Shown here piece by piece: positions 40,383-53,937 of a stretch of DNA of 64,000 bases. This DNA is from Camelus dromedarius. Lineage: Eukaryota. The DNA lies in contig NC_087437.1 of the NCBI RefSeq assembly GCF_036321535.1, positions 10,976,001 to 11,040,000 on the forward strand, in the 5' to 3' direction. The position numbers and the translations under genes were made by a program. Under the pieces are notes generated by a model. It saw only the letters and a program-made list of their open reading frames with translations, was not told the origin of the DNA and ran no database searches. The first letter of the stretch is position 1, and each line of letters starts with the position of its first letter.

Positions 40383-41639
40383 AAGGATGGATGGAGAGCA
40401 GAAAGTGGGACGCTGCCTCCCAGTGGCTCCTGGAACACACCCGCCTGGGCGGGAGCTAGCCTCAAGTTCAGCATTGATGTCAGTGATGGTTGTCTCCAGG
40501 GTGATTGCGTGGCTTCATAATACAATCAAATGGTTGGCAGTCAGTCTAGACTACCAGGGTGGTTGTGGCTGAGACTGAGCTGAGGAAGAGCAAGGGGTCT
40601 CTGGAGGTTTCTGGGGCTTCCAGGGGCTGTTTTCTGGATTCTCTCAAGGTGTGAACTGACTGCTGCCACTCCTTGTTCCACGGGTCCACTCACAAAGCCC
40701 GGCTTCGTGCAAGCCCTTCTCTGGCTCTAGTCTGTTTTGTTCCAGGAAGTGGCATCAGGAGGCCCGGAATTCTCTCCGCAGCACCTCCCTCCTGAGCACT
40801 GCAGATAGGTTCCCGCTTACTAGGAGCCCAAAGGCTACAAAGAGCAGGGGGCAGTAAATGCAAGATGAGCTACCATCATCAGATCACCACCCCTTGTGAC
40901 CTTATTCGATCCTCAGGACGACCTGCGAGGGAACACTTAATAGCATCATTTTATAACAGAAAACAAGGATCAGAGATGGTGTCCGGACAATCACACAGAA
41001 AGTGAAGTGTGGAATAATCTCGAGGCAGCCAAGTATGAAATGTGAAGTAAATAACATGACACTTAATAGAGAATAAATAAAGGTTCCCCAACTTAATATG
41101 CAGTTTGGTGAAATTTATACTCTGGTCAGGCTGAGGCTATTCTAGATAAACAGCTTACTATTTATGTACCTCTGTGTACTTTTCCATTCAGTGACTGGTT
41201 TGACAGCTGTTTGCTCATTCACTCATTCATTCATTCATTCATTTGACAGATATTTATTGATCAGTTGCTGGGTGAAACCGGAGAGGATGGGAAAGGGAGA
41301 GGCACTGCCTGCCAGAGCTTTGAGGGGGAGGTGGAAAGGGGAGGGATGGCCATCAGCTGCCACCACCCCAGGGGCTCTGAGTCCTCAGGAAGAACGCCCA
41401 CCGCCCACATTAGGGCGCCCCCTGCCCCTGCCCCCGCCCCTGAGTGCTGAGAATCCTCTTTACAGGAAATGTGAGTCTGACTCCAGCTTCCTTTTGTGAT
41501 TCAGTTCCTTGTGTGGAGCTGTTCTAGGCTCAGCACAAGTCACTCTGCTACGTGACTATTGTGCAAAGTCCTAGCGGTTGAAAGTTAGTTAATGAAAATT
41601 GTAGTCATTCTCTGTTGTCATCCACGGGTAGCTGGGGAG

Positions 41640-41850
41640 ATGGGGCTCCGGGTCAATCCTGAGTTTGAATTCTGACTCTGCCACCTAGCAGTGTGACTCT
41701 GTTCGAGTTACTTCATCTCCCTAAGCCTACATGTTCTCATCTGTAAACTGGAGACAATAAATGCAGATGCCTTAAAGGGCTGTTGGAAAGATCAAGTGAA
41801 ATCATGCAGGTAAAGTGCTTAGGACATAGTGAGCTATCAGCACATCCCAG
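41640..41850 (+). mobile_element. MIR SINE
   Basis: cctgagtttgaattctgactctgccacctagcagtgtgact...ttctcatctgtaaactggagacaataa. Confidence 0.75.
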
Positions 41851-43563
41851 CTTGTCTTAATAACCCTGTATGACGACCCCTCATAAGATCATTTTTAAGA
41901 GTTTTAGAGTGGAAATAGGCTAGGTGAAATTTTTAAGAAATCTTTTTTTTTCTTTTTATACCCATCCTGACATGATAAATGATAATTATAATTTTTCAAT
42001 TTTGTGATATAGTTACCACAGCTCGCTGAGATTTTCGTGTCCCTCTCCCATACCAGGTTGATGTATGTATATTTTAAATCTATTTCAAAGATCTTATTGG
42101 CTTTCATATAAGCTATAGTAAATGTTTCCAGGATTAGGATTTTTTTATAGTTCCCCGATTAAACATTTTGTATTTCTGATAATTGAAGCAGAATGAAAAG
42201 GTCAGGGAAAAAAACCTAGCAGCAAAGATCTCATGAGGACTGCACACAGTTTTCACAGCTATCTTTACTGCGTGTGGAACATAAAGCGTGATGGCTCTGG
42301 CTGAGGGTTCTAGGGGTTTAGATGCCATTTGCCAAGTATGATTGCACAGCTTGGAGAGGACAGATGCTCATCGGAGAGGTTTAACCCAGAGGACCCACTG
42401 TCAGCTGTGCCTCTTTAAAGTGCCTTGACCACAGCCTTTAAAAAAGAAATTGTGTTGTCATCATGTTTGGGTGTAATCGACCAACTAATTCTCTCGATTC
42501 AAAATCCTGGGGGGAGATCGCTGGTTCATTTTATTGGAGAGTGATATTAAAAACTGAGATCTGGGTGCTAGGTGTGCTCTTTGCTATTGGGTTACGTTTG
42601 CTTCTGTGCCCTTTTAGCTGACGGAGCAAGGAGCTAGGTGTGTGTGTACTAGTGTGTATATGTTCACGTCTGTAAATATTTCTGTACATAACCATCTCTG
42701 TAGTAAGACTAAATGTGAGTTCAGACTGGAAAAAAAAATCCTGGGGGTGGGGAAGGAAACATCTTTCACAGAAACAGCAGAACAGATCCTTCCAGAAAAC
42801 ACACGATCTGTTAATATTGTTTTAGGACCAAGTGAAGCTATTTGGAAATCAATATTTAAACATTTTTATGAAGTGAGCCATATGTCAAGTGAAACAGGAC
42901 AAAGGGAGGAGAACTGTGAAGAGGAAAACACGGAGTGTCTGTTTCTGGCATCACTCCGTGTGTCTCTTTTCCTCTAGGCGAAGTTTTTCATTACTGTTCA
43001 TGGGATTCCTTCTTCCCTGTTGGCGGTACCACCAGAGCAGGTAAGTAATAAATGATTCTGCTTGTTATTTTATATCCATGTTGTATGTCTTCCTCTGTAA
43101 ATACCTATTCATTTTCTGGTTATTTAAGTGATAGAATAACATCAGTGAAAGTCTAAAAAAAAAAAATAAGGGAAAAACAAAAACAGAATAACATCCTTTC
43201 CATCCCCTAACACAACACCTGGCATTTCTGTGTCCACACTCTACCTCTGTATGGTCCTTACAGGATTTCCTGCCCGGGCTCTGCAGTCAGCCTAGTTGAG
43301 TTTACATCCTACCTCCCCTTCTCACCAGCTGTTTGACCTCAGCCTTGTTGCTTAAATTTGTTGTGTCTCATTTTCTCACCTGTACAACAGATAAGACTAG
43401 TACCTGTCTCTCCAGGTTAGCTGAGGATGAACGGGAACAGTGATTGGAGAGCTCTGGCTTAGGGTTTGACATTGTGATTGCTCAAAGAATGGTAGTTACT
43501 AGTGTTACTCTTATTTCCTCCAGTGGTCCTTACCACAACCCTGTGAAGTTACAGAGGTTAGCA

Positions 43564-43868
43564 CAGTTGCCCTCAGCATCTGCTGGTTTCAAATCCAGGG
43601 ATTCAACCAACTGCAGAACAGAAATGTTGGGGAGGGTTGTTCCAGAAAGTTCCAAAAAGCAAAACCTGAATTTGTTGTGCACTAGCAATTATTTACATAG
43701 CGTTTACATTGTATTAGGTATTATAAGTAATCTAGAGATGATTTCAGGTGTATGGGAGGATGTGTAGGTTAGATGCATATGCTACTCACAAGGGACTTGA
43801 ACATCCTTGGACATTGTTATCTGCATGGATCCTGGGACCAATCCCCCAGGCATACCGAGGGCCAGCGG
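43564..43868. mobile_element. TcMar-Tigger non-autonomous element (Tigger3a/MER2-like) inside a MIR
   Basis: Terminal inverted repeats cagttgccctc... / ...gagggccagcgg. Internal tttacattgtattaggtattataagtaatctagagatgattt. Confidence 0.85.
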
Positions 43869-44509
43869 TACTGGTTTTGTCTCCCACAAGAAAACTGAAG
43901 ATTGGAGAGGCTAAATGACATTCACAGTTCTGGCTTCAGGTCCAGGGCTGTTTTTTAAGAGATTTGAGAAATGGTACATGTTTCTGCTTGTCAAGAGATG
44001 CCTTTTAAGGGAGAAGTCATTGCCTCCTGGTGTGATGCAAAGGGAAGTACACAGTGTCACCCAGGACTGGACTGTCTTGCCCCAAATGTTTGACTGAAAT
44101 GAATCACAGCTTCCCATGAAACCTCAGATTTACAGGACATAGAAGGGACGGAGGGGTCACATAAACGGCACCGTGAGAAAAAACAATCAAACAAATCTAG
44201 AATGTGGGACACCCTGCAGTACAAACTGGCCATGTCTTTTCTACAAGTCAAGGCCACAACTAAAGAAAGGCAGGAGAGCTGAAACAGCTGGGGCTTGCTC
44301 TGGATTAAAGGAGACAAAGCAAACAAAATGTGCAGGGTCTTTAACAGGATTCTGGTCTGAACCTAGAGGAAAATTAGAGAATTGAATTTGTACAGAATAT
44401 TTTGACGATACTAGGGAATTGTTAGTTTTGTCTGGTGTGATAGTGGTATGTGGTTATTTTTTAAAGAAGCATATTGAAGAATTTAGGGGTAAATTGTCTT
44501 GATATTGGT

Positions 44510-44790
44510 TTGCTTTATTTTTTCTTTTTTTGTTTGTTTTTGTTTTCAACTTTATATTTTGTTAGTTTGTATGCTTACTTTTCTAAGTGTTTAAAATAGA
44601 TTTTTTTAATTTAATTATTTTTTATATTTATTTATTTGATTACTGTTGGTGTTGTTTTTATTTATTTTGAAGTTGGGAGGTAATTAGGTTTATTTATTGA
44701 TTTACTTTTTTAAATGGAGCTACTGGGGATTGAACCCAGGACCTCATGCTTGCTAAGCAGGCACTCTACCACTAAGCTATGCCCTCCCCC
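44510..44790 (-). mobile_element. tRNA-derived SINE with a long T-rich tail, inside an old L1 fragment (about 44055-44955)
   Basis: tactggggattgaacccaggacctcatgcttgctaagcaggcactctaccactaagctatgccctcccc. Confidence 0.88.
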
Positions 44791-47700
44791 AATATCAGTT
44801 TAGTTTAAAATGTTGTAGCAAATTAAAAAACACAGCAAAACAAACACGACAAATATTATCAATTGAGTGTAGACGGTAAGGTGAGAAAATGGGGATCCTT
44901 GTAGTATTTTTTCTACCTTTATGAATGTTTGAAATTTTCCTGATGAAAAGTAAATAAACAAAACAAACAAATGAAAAAGAACCTTTTAAGAAAGCAGAAG
45001 CTCTGTATTAAAGTTGTTCCAGAGACAGCCTAGCACTGCACACTGCTAAGGAAAACCTCTCTAGCCATTTCTAGAAAGGGCCAAACCTAAATTATCTGTA
45101 GAATAGATTCAGAAGGGCAATAAATAAATAATGGGATGGTATCAATAACAATGTGTTCATAATGTAAACATATTGGAGCGCCAAGCAATTTTTTATTTTT
45201 AAATAAGAGAACGGTTGATGATCTTGGTAAAGATTGATCTATAAGTGGGGACAGAGTTAAGATAAAATCTATAGAATTTGAACTCCCGATTCTGGGCTCT
45301 GCTCTAACTCATTCACTGACAAGTGAGAAAGTTTGAGCAGAGTAAATGTGGTCACCTCCAAACTGATAAAATCTTTATTTCACTTTCAAGCCAAGTTCGA
45401 GGAAGATCACAAGTTTTCATTTCATTCTCCAGCAGTTTCCAAAAATAACATCTTAAATATATACCTCTTGTACCAACCCACCATCCCAAGAATTTATTTT
45501 AAGCTAAGACACAAATGGAACTAAATAAACTCTAAATATCAGAGCCTAAATCTCTGCCTTAGGAAGGCATCTTTCTAATTTCCCTGCCTCCACCACTCAA
45601 GGACAGCAGTGCCAAGGAGTGACCCAGAGTTGTGGGTAACTAGCTTTTCAATTGTTGGAGGGTTTCTGAGTATAAATCTTTATATAATTATGTGAAAAAA
45701 AATCTATTTTCAAATAAAAGTTATGGCTCTCAACCCCTGATTATAGGAAAATTTAGAACTCTAAGAAGAGGACAAACATCCCCCCCATCACCCAGTTCTA
45801 AATCTCTCTCCTAGACAGGATAGAGCCTGAATAGCTCATAAATGCTGAAAAAATGACCTTTTCAAACCCAAAGCGCCGATTATGATGTTTTATTGCCTCT
45901 GGGAATCCAGTGTGCAAATCTTACAGAAAAGAAGCATGTTAAGTCTAAACATTTTTATCAACGTTTTTCACACTTGTCCATACTGTGACTGACAAACTTC
46001 TTAGAGAAGTTCCTTGTGTTTTAAACTTCTTTGGAAATCCCAGCTTGCCCACCTCCAGTTTCCTTTCAGACCTCTGGATTTAGCACTTTCAAGAAGCCAG
46101 ACTAATGTGCCGTCTAGAAGAGAATGAGTTCCAAGTAATAGACACAAATCCTCTGAAATGACCCTTCAGCTGACAGTTTTCCAAACAATTTAAGCGGAAG
46201 CATCACATACTTGGGCCATTCTGACTCACTCATTAAGCGAGGAACATTTCTGGGCAAACCCAGTGCTTTTCTGACTTACCTGTTTGTTCAGGCTTTCAGA
46301 GGCTCCTGCCTCTGTAACCACCAGTCAGCAGGTGACCACTCAGCTCCCTGGGCGTGGCATTGGGCTGGAGCTGGAATGGGGCAAGGGTCCCGCTCCTCCC
46401 TTTGCTTACAATTTCTCCAGTGACAGGAAACAATGTGAAATCCTGTACGAGTAAAGGGTTGGCTGCGTGTGTGCTTCTGATTTATTAACTCTGGAACAGC
46501 CAGAGAAAGTCTGAGGTCGTCAGATTAAGTCTTGAAAAATCCATTAGACCAGGATAACGTGTTGGAGTCAACTGATGATAGCTACCATTTATTGGGCACT
46601 CAGGCCGTGCCAGGCACTGGACTGGGCAGTTTACAGACATTTCTTATTGAACCTTCAAAAGAACCGTATGAACTGAGCTGTATTATCCCAGTTTTACATA
46701 TGCAGCAGCAAAGGTTCAGCAGGTTGAAGAGCCTTCCTGAGTTCACTGCTAGTACGAGGTGGTGAGAGTCTGGAAACAGGTCTGCTTATTCCCTAAGTGC
46801 CCCGACCTGGGCTCCTCACTGAGATGGAGGAGTAGGGAAGGATGAGGCAGTGGGAAGACCGAGCGAGGGTCCTCCCCAACGCTCAGCCCCTCACAATCTC
46901 CGGAGAACCCAGTGGTGATCTGGGTAACCCCAGCCACAAAGCCATTCTCCTGTTTTCCTACTTTACCAAGATTTAAAGAGACTTCTTAAGGTGATGAAAG
47001 CCAAGGATGAAGAAGAGCATGTTGGAATCTTTGCTTCAATTCTCACAGTCACATATGGAGATATGATCTGCCCCCATATCACCATGAGATTAAGGATTGC
47101 CTTTTCAGTGAGTGTAATTCAGGAAGCAAAGGGTGTGAGTGTGTGCGTGTGCACTGGAGTGGTGACTGTGCTCAGCTGATGCCCACTGCTGAGGGGATGT
47201 GGAAGACTATGACACAGCCCACTCCACGGAGAGCAGAGCTGGGTAGACGGGACGAGTGTGTGCTTGCCTCTTTGAGGTTACTTCTGGCGGCTGTGGTCTC
47301 CGCTGCCACTCCACAATTGACATGTGGAGATGTGGATTCCACAAGCCCCCGGGTTCACTTTGATTTCTCCAAGGGAAAGGTCTCAGTTGTGCTGCCAACT
47401 AGCTGCCTGACCTCAGAAAACTCACCTTGCCTTTCTGGACCTCGGCTTCCTCGTCGTTAAATAAAACAGGGCACGTTCGAGGATGATCTCCAGAGCGCTT
47501 CCAGTTTGGAATTCTGTAACGCTGATGTCAAGGCTGGGAAACCTTTCCAGGCTGGGGGGCTAGGAGTCGCTTCAGGCCTCATCCTGGGGTCACTCATGCT
47601 TCTCCTGGGGAACAATGACACAGACCGCCGCCCCCCCCCCCCCCGCCATCGTTTATCAACGGCCTGATGGTGTGATCACTCACGCGTGAGTGATGGAACA

Positions 47701-48394
47701 TTGGAGGAGGTGGGCAAGGGGGAAATGGCATTATTGAAGACAAGGATGCTGTTCATTCCCTGCCTTCCTGAATTGCTTACTGCATGCCTACTAAGTGTCA
47801 AGCACTGTTCTAAAATAGTTCTAAGCAGACATTTCTCTGCTATCGCGGGACTTAAACTCCCAGAGCTCCAGCATTAAACAGTGATTAACTGAAACGAGGG
47901 CGGAGAATTAGGAATTAGGAGCTGCTTCCCTGAGCCCAGACTCATCCAGTGGCTTCCTCCTGCTTTCCCGACTGCTTCCTCTACTTCCTGGCTTTTCTAT
48001 TGAGTGGATCTTCTTAAAATACCCCTTAGGCTAAGATGCCTCTAATGTCTTTCTCTTATACTCTTATCCTGTAATGAAATCCAGGCTTCTCAGCTCCCCG
48101 GGGAACCCTCTGCAAACTCAAGGTGCCTACTTTACAGCCACCCCTCACTTTTCTGAGTCCTTTAAACAAATTCATCTACTCATGGTTTCCCTACACACTT
48201 CCTGAGTTTCTTTTTGCTTCCATTTTTTTGTTGTTGTTCTTTTAGTAGTTAGATTTTGGTTTTTAGTGGCTAGATTTTTAAAACATACTAAAGGAAGGCA
48301 CACTTATGTTAAGTAAAACAATACAGAGGTATGTATTGAGTTCACAATCTCTCTTCCATTCTCCACCATCTCATTCCCTCTGGGGTAACCGCAA

Positions 48395-48875
48395 TTTTTT
48401 TCCTCCAAGTTTACAGGAAATTCACACGAATGATTGATATAGGGAACATCCATGCGTACATCCTCTACCCAGATTCATTAATTTGTAACATTTAGATGCC
48501 TTTGTTTTCTTTCTCTCTCTCTCTCTTCCACACACACATTGTTATCTATTTTTCTCGGCAATGGTTTTCAGGTGTCATGCCTCTTTACCCCTTAATGATT
48601 CCCTGTATATTTCCTAAAAACAAGAATATCCTCAGTATAGTTATCGACCTCAGGAAATTGAACATTGATATGATACTTTAATCTAACTTCTGTACATTTT
48701 TCAATTGACCCAGTTATGTCCTTTATGATTTTTTTCCCATCCAGTACAGAATCTGTTCCAAAATCATTTATCACATTTAGTTCTCATGCTTCTTTAGTCT
48801 CCTTTAATCTGAGATCTCAGTCTGTCTTGGTCTTTCATGCCAGTGACACTTTTGAAGAATACAGGCCTGTTTTTT
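48395..48875 (-). mobile_element. Old L1 (L1MC/ME-type) 3' fragment
   Basis: tgtatatttcctaaaaacaagaatatcctc...aggaaattgaacattgatat...tttagtctcctttaatctg. Confidence 0.6.
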
Positions 48876-50796
48876 TCTTTTATTTTTTAATTATAAAATA
48901 CTTTGTATTTTGCAATTTGCATATATTTATATTTTAATAGTAAAATATTTTTAGTCTGTCTGATGTTTTCCATATCTTTTTAAATGCCATTTCAATACCT
49001 GGTAATGCCTCTCCATTTCCCCAAATCCTATTTGTCCTTCTAGGCTCAGTTATAATCTCTTCTCTCTCGGCCTTTGCTGGAGGCAGAGAGTACCCCTTAG
49101 ATTTTACGTCTGCCACAGCACCAGGCACTGTGCTTAGCACACACAGGGCAGTTAATACATATTTTTTGATTAATTGATTTGGGGCTGAGACTGAGTTCTC
49201 TCTGCTGCAAAGACAGAACTCATCAAGTAAGCAAGTCAAGATTGGTATCTCTGCTGCCAATTGCTTCTGGGGTTTGCAATTATTAAGGTAATTTTTTGAT
49301 TCAAAACTGGATCCTTGACTAAAGATTTGCCACACCAGGGAAGTTGCGGGACAGTTGGTGTTTTTTAAAAAGTTTCACACACAAGAGAGAGTTAAAAGTG
49401 TGAAATAAAAGTAAATTCCCCCACTATTTCGTTCCTCCAAAGTTCAGTAAATTGAAAAAGTGTTGAGTTCAAGAAAAGGTTTCAGAGGCTAATGAACCAA
49501 ACTCAATTCAGTATATTTGAGTGTATCGGTCCTTATGTCATCAGTGTATAGGAGATTGAAGGCCAGTTTATTTAGAGAGTAGGCCCCTCAGAGGAGATGC
49601 TAAATTATAAACAGAGAAGAATGCTTCCTTACTAAGCACTATCTATTTGTTGACATCAAACCCACCTTTCTGCCCTTGCCGGAGAAAGCATTAGATTCTT
49701 ATCAAGTCTTGGTAAATTTTGAAAATCACATGGTTGTTCAATGCCTCCATGTGGTAGAAAAAATAATTTAGCTCTGTCCTAGGTTCCTGTGATGGCAACG
49801 TGCACGACCAATACAGCTTGACAATACTTAGGGTCCTTCAAAGAGGTCAGTGTTTTGTTTTGTTTCAAAGGCCTGTGGAAAAGTGACCCGAATTGAAGAT
49901 AAAAGCCCCAGGTCTCATTAGACTTCATGGAAGTGGCCGTTCTTTGCAAACCTTCCTTATCCTTCTATATAGGGAATGGATTTTTCAGGCAAAGGAAAAC
50001 CATAAAATAAGTGGACTGAAATCCACAGTGGGTCCATCTTTTCAGAAAAGCTTAACAGAAATTCTTTTTACATTCCAAATCTAAGTTTTTTTTTTCTTTT
50101 GACAAAAAAAGGAAATCCTTTCTATCCATTCATAAAGTAACTTAAAAAAAAGAATAGTAACAAATGTTCATTTGCTTGACAATTCCTTGGATGTGAAATT
50201 GGCTAAAGAGAATAGTCACTTTTATGTCGAAGTTCAGTGTAAGCAACAAGCCAAAAATAGGAGTGCTCCAAAGTTAGGCTGGGTCTCTTTCTTTTGAATC
50301 AACTGTATCATTTCACCTCCTCAGGATCAGTCAACACCTTGATCTTCAAGTGCTTCTACTTAAACGTACTTGATACCCTAAAGATGGCTTGAAGAAGAGA
50401 ACTGGGCCATTCTGAGAATCGGGAATAGGCATTAGTAAAAACTCAAGACCACTTTTTCAAAGCCCATGGATGGCACTGTGTTGCACCACATGGGCCCTGT
50501 GGCTGAATGAGTCTTTTAAATGTAGATTGAGAGCATCCTCATCAAAGCATCCACTGTATATGCACGTATTTGCTTATGCACGGACTACCACAGAGTTGGG
50601 GGGAGGGGCAGAGGGTGTTTTTGTGGCATCCCCTTTGGTTTTAAACTTTAGGATAATATAGCAGGAGAATATGTTATCTACTTAAAATATACCCATAAAC
50701 ATGAAATAAAGAAATAATAAGCATTATTCTCAGAATGGAAAGTAGGGAACTTCAATAGCGGTCATGAATTGGTTCAAGTGAATGTTAGAAAATCAG

Positions 50797-51023
50797 ATAT
50801 TTGAGATTTGCAAATGTTAGCCACTATATATGAAAATAATAGATTTAAAAAACCAAATTTCTTCTGTAGAGCACAGGGAACTATATTCAGTATCTTGTAA
50901 TAACTTTTAGTGAAAAAGAATATGAAAATGAATATAGGTATGTATATGTACGACTGGGACATTGTGCTGTACACCAGAAAGTGACACATTGTAACTGACT
51001 GTACTTCAATTAAAAAAAAAAAA
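50797..51023 (+). mobile_element. 5'-truncated L1 with poly-A
   Basis: tttgagatttgcaaatgttagccactata...gactgtacttcaattaaaaaaa, with aaaatcag on both flanks. Confidence 0.88.
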
Positions 51024-53769
51024 TCAGTGATTCCCTTAAGTTGCTTCCAATTTTTCCTTTTTCCCAACTGTCTTGATCGCTAATATGTTCTTGGAAATAT
51101 TATCAGAGTTCTTTTATATTTAATATACTGTTCTTTAAAGTAATCGAGACTCTTCTCCACCCTCCAACATCGTCAGAACTGACAAAATCATCTGTGGCCA
51201 CTGCTGGCCACAGCCACAATTCTGCCACCGACTAACTGCTTGACCTTGGACAAGACACACTGGTTTCTTTGCCTTAATTTCTTCACCTGTAACTTGAAGA
51301 TATCTTAGGCCCCTTCCAATAAATAAAATCCTAAGATTTCTTGACCCTATCTTTTTCTTAGGAGATTTCTTATACTGCCATCAATTTGAAGTCATAAAGA
51401 CCCCGCGTCCTAACAAAACTCCTGAGAAGTACGATCAGGGTGAGATTAATACTTCACTTTGCGTAACGGTTAATAAACCACCTTTATTACAGATACCCAT
51501 TTGATCCTTCTCACAACTTGCCAGTCAGTACAGCGCAGATATTGCCCATCATAGATGAGGAAGTGAGGCTTAGAGAGGTCAGTTTAGCTCCTTAGGCCTT
51601 GTAGCTAAGAAGTACAAGAGGAGGGTTACAAATGAATTATTATTTTTTTTATGACTGAGACAATTGTATATTTAAAATAATCTGACCTAAAGAATACTCT
51701 TTTGAAATGAGTGGATTCTTTTCTAAACATTTTGAGGTTTTTATTTCCCTTCAGTAGGTCATTCCCAAACCATAAAGCACTAACCAGGGTTAGAGATAAG
51801 AAAGACTCTGTACACAAAAGAGAGCTAGTGTCCCTCCAGACTGGTGAGCACTTCCCTACAGAGGATGAGCCCTTCCATTACACGATTTATTTCTCCAGGG
51901 ACTAATTCAATCCAAGCATCAACAACAAAACACAGACTATCACGTTCAGATTTTTTAAAAAATATTATTATAGTTAGTATCTAAGTGTACGATTAATGCA
52001 AACCAAAATTAAAGAAAAAAACTCACCCACCATCCTAATCATATCAACAAATCAAATCCTTTATTTTCCTGTATTCTCTGCCAGCCTTCGTCTTTATATA
52101 TATATGTCTTTGCGGGTTGGACTTATAGTGTACATGTTTATTTTAAAGTATCAGGAACCCAAATTTTCGTAAGAGGAAGTCTCCATTTTAATAACTGTCT
52201 TTAGATTATTTTTTTCATCCCAACCAAGTTTACTTTGTGTTTGCTTATTGTTTTCTCTTGAATTTCTATCTTTTTCATCAGAAGTTCAAAAAGTTTCCAA
52301 CCTGGTTTGAAGGAGATGTTTTTGGGTGGTTTTCGAATAACATACAGTGGGGACGGTCATTGCTTTTATACTACCAGGACTCCTGAAACCAAACACATCT
52401 AGGGAATTTTCAAAATTTCTAGGCATTCGAGTGACTGAGGGACAGCTGTCTGGAGGTAGGAAGTTGGAGGCTGAAATGAGGACCTATATGGTTTTTCTAG
52501 CTTCTGGACCCCTTAATTCTATGACAATTCCTGGTCAATACAGGTTTCCTGGTGCGTATTGAGCAAGAAGTCTTATGTTAAGGGCTAGAAGGGGTTTGGG
52601 TGGGTGGTAAGAATGCTTGTTTTCCTGGTTAGTGAATATACTACGAGTTTTATATCTTGTGTTGTCCTGTGGTAACTGAAGCCACTGTTGCCGTGGAAAA
52701 GGATGGCAATTTGAATGAGATAATTTAGAGTGGCCCATGGAAATCTGACTGGGCAGTTGCTTAATGTACCAGACATAGTAATTGTGACGTGATACATATC
52801 ACTTCAGTTTCCTTCCGTTGAAATGACAAATAAGTGAGAAACTAAATTGTAATTTGATGGCTTAATTGTAAAAAAATTAATCTTGGTAAAAATGCTAAAG
52901 ATGGAACAATTCAGAAGAAATTAGAGGGGTTATTATAAAAATACAATGATTATTTGAATAGCATTTATATCGTAGCTGAAGAAGGCACAGCAGTCCTCAA
53001 AACTTTTAATCCAATTTCCGACACTAAAAATTCTAAATCCAGTCTAAAGTCAGTAGTATAGGGTTTATTCCCATTGATTTCTCACATTTGTAAACCTGCA
53101 CACGTTGGTTGGTTTTATCTGTCACGAAATCCTTTATATCGCTTTTATAAAACACCACATCCTTCTATAAAAAGTGACTGGAAGAATCTAAAATTGTAAA
53201 ATTGCACGTGCCTGAGCAGAAAACTCCTATCCTGGGATTTTCTCACAGGCGTGCCTAAACTGACCTCTGCTCCTAGCAGGTAAATTGCCAGTGTCAGCCC
53301 AAAGGAAACCCCGTTGTGGGATTTCTTTTTTCCCCTTAAGCTGATCACTTTTTAGGAGAAGTCCCAGCGGCATTCTCTAGTCCAAAATCCTGGCCACCAG
53401 ATTACCATCTTTTTCACCTATTTGCCAACGCCCCCCCTTTCCAAAAGCCCTTTTTGGAAAAAGGTCCTCTCGTGATCACCCTGTTCCATACAGTTCCCAG
53501 CGCCCCGAGTCTCCGAACGGCTTCCCCTCTCCAGTCCACGATCCGGGGTCCCCCAAACCACTAGGGAGGAAATTCACACCCCTCGCCCCCTTGCCCCGCG
53601 TCCCGAGGAGGCGCCGGGGTCGGGTGTGGGTGGGGAGGAGCAGGGCTTCCCGGGGTCCCCCGTGGGCCCCTTGCGCCCCCCCGGAGGTGTGCAGGGGGAG
53701 GGGAGCGCGGGTGGGTGGGACCGGGCCGGGTGGGGGAGGGGAAGAGGGAGGGAGGGGGGAGGAGGAGGA

Positions 53770-53937
53770 GTGTGTGTGCGAGCGTGTGTGGCTGGGGGAA
53801 GCCATTGCCTGTTTAATAGTTGCTGTTGCTGCACTTCCGCTTCTCTCCCAGCGAGAGAGAGACACGAGTGGCCAGGCCCAGCCGCAGCCGCAGCAGCAGC
53901 CGCCGCGGCGGCACGGAGCAGCCAGACACAAAGAGAG
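53770..53937 (+). other. UBE2E1: UBE2E1 non-coding exon 1 (5' UTR); TSS approximate
   Basis: Lies inside the CpG island, has no ATG, contains a GCA/GCC-rich run, and ends at the donor AAGAGAG|gtacgg (53937/53938). The acceptor at 55027 is its natural partner. The 5' end cannot be fixed from sequence alone. Confidence 0.85.
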
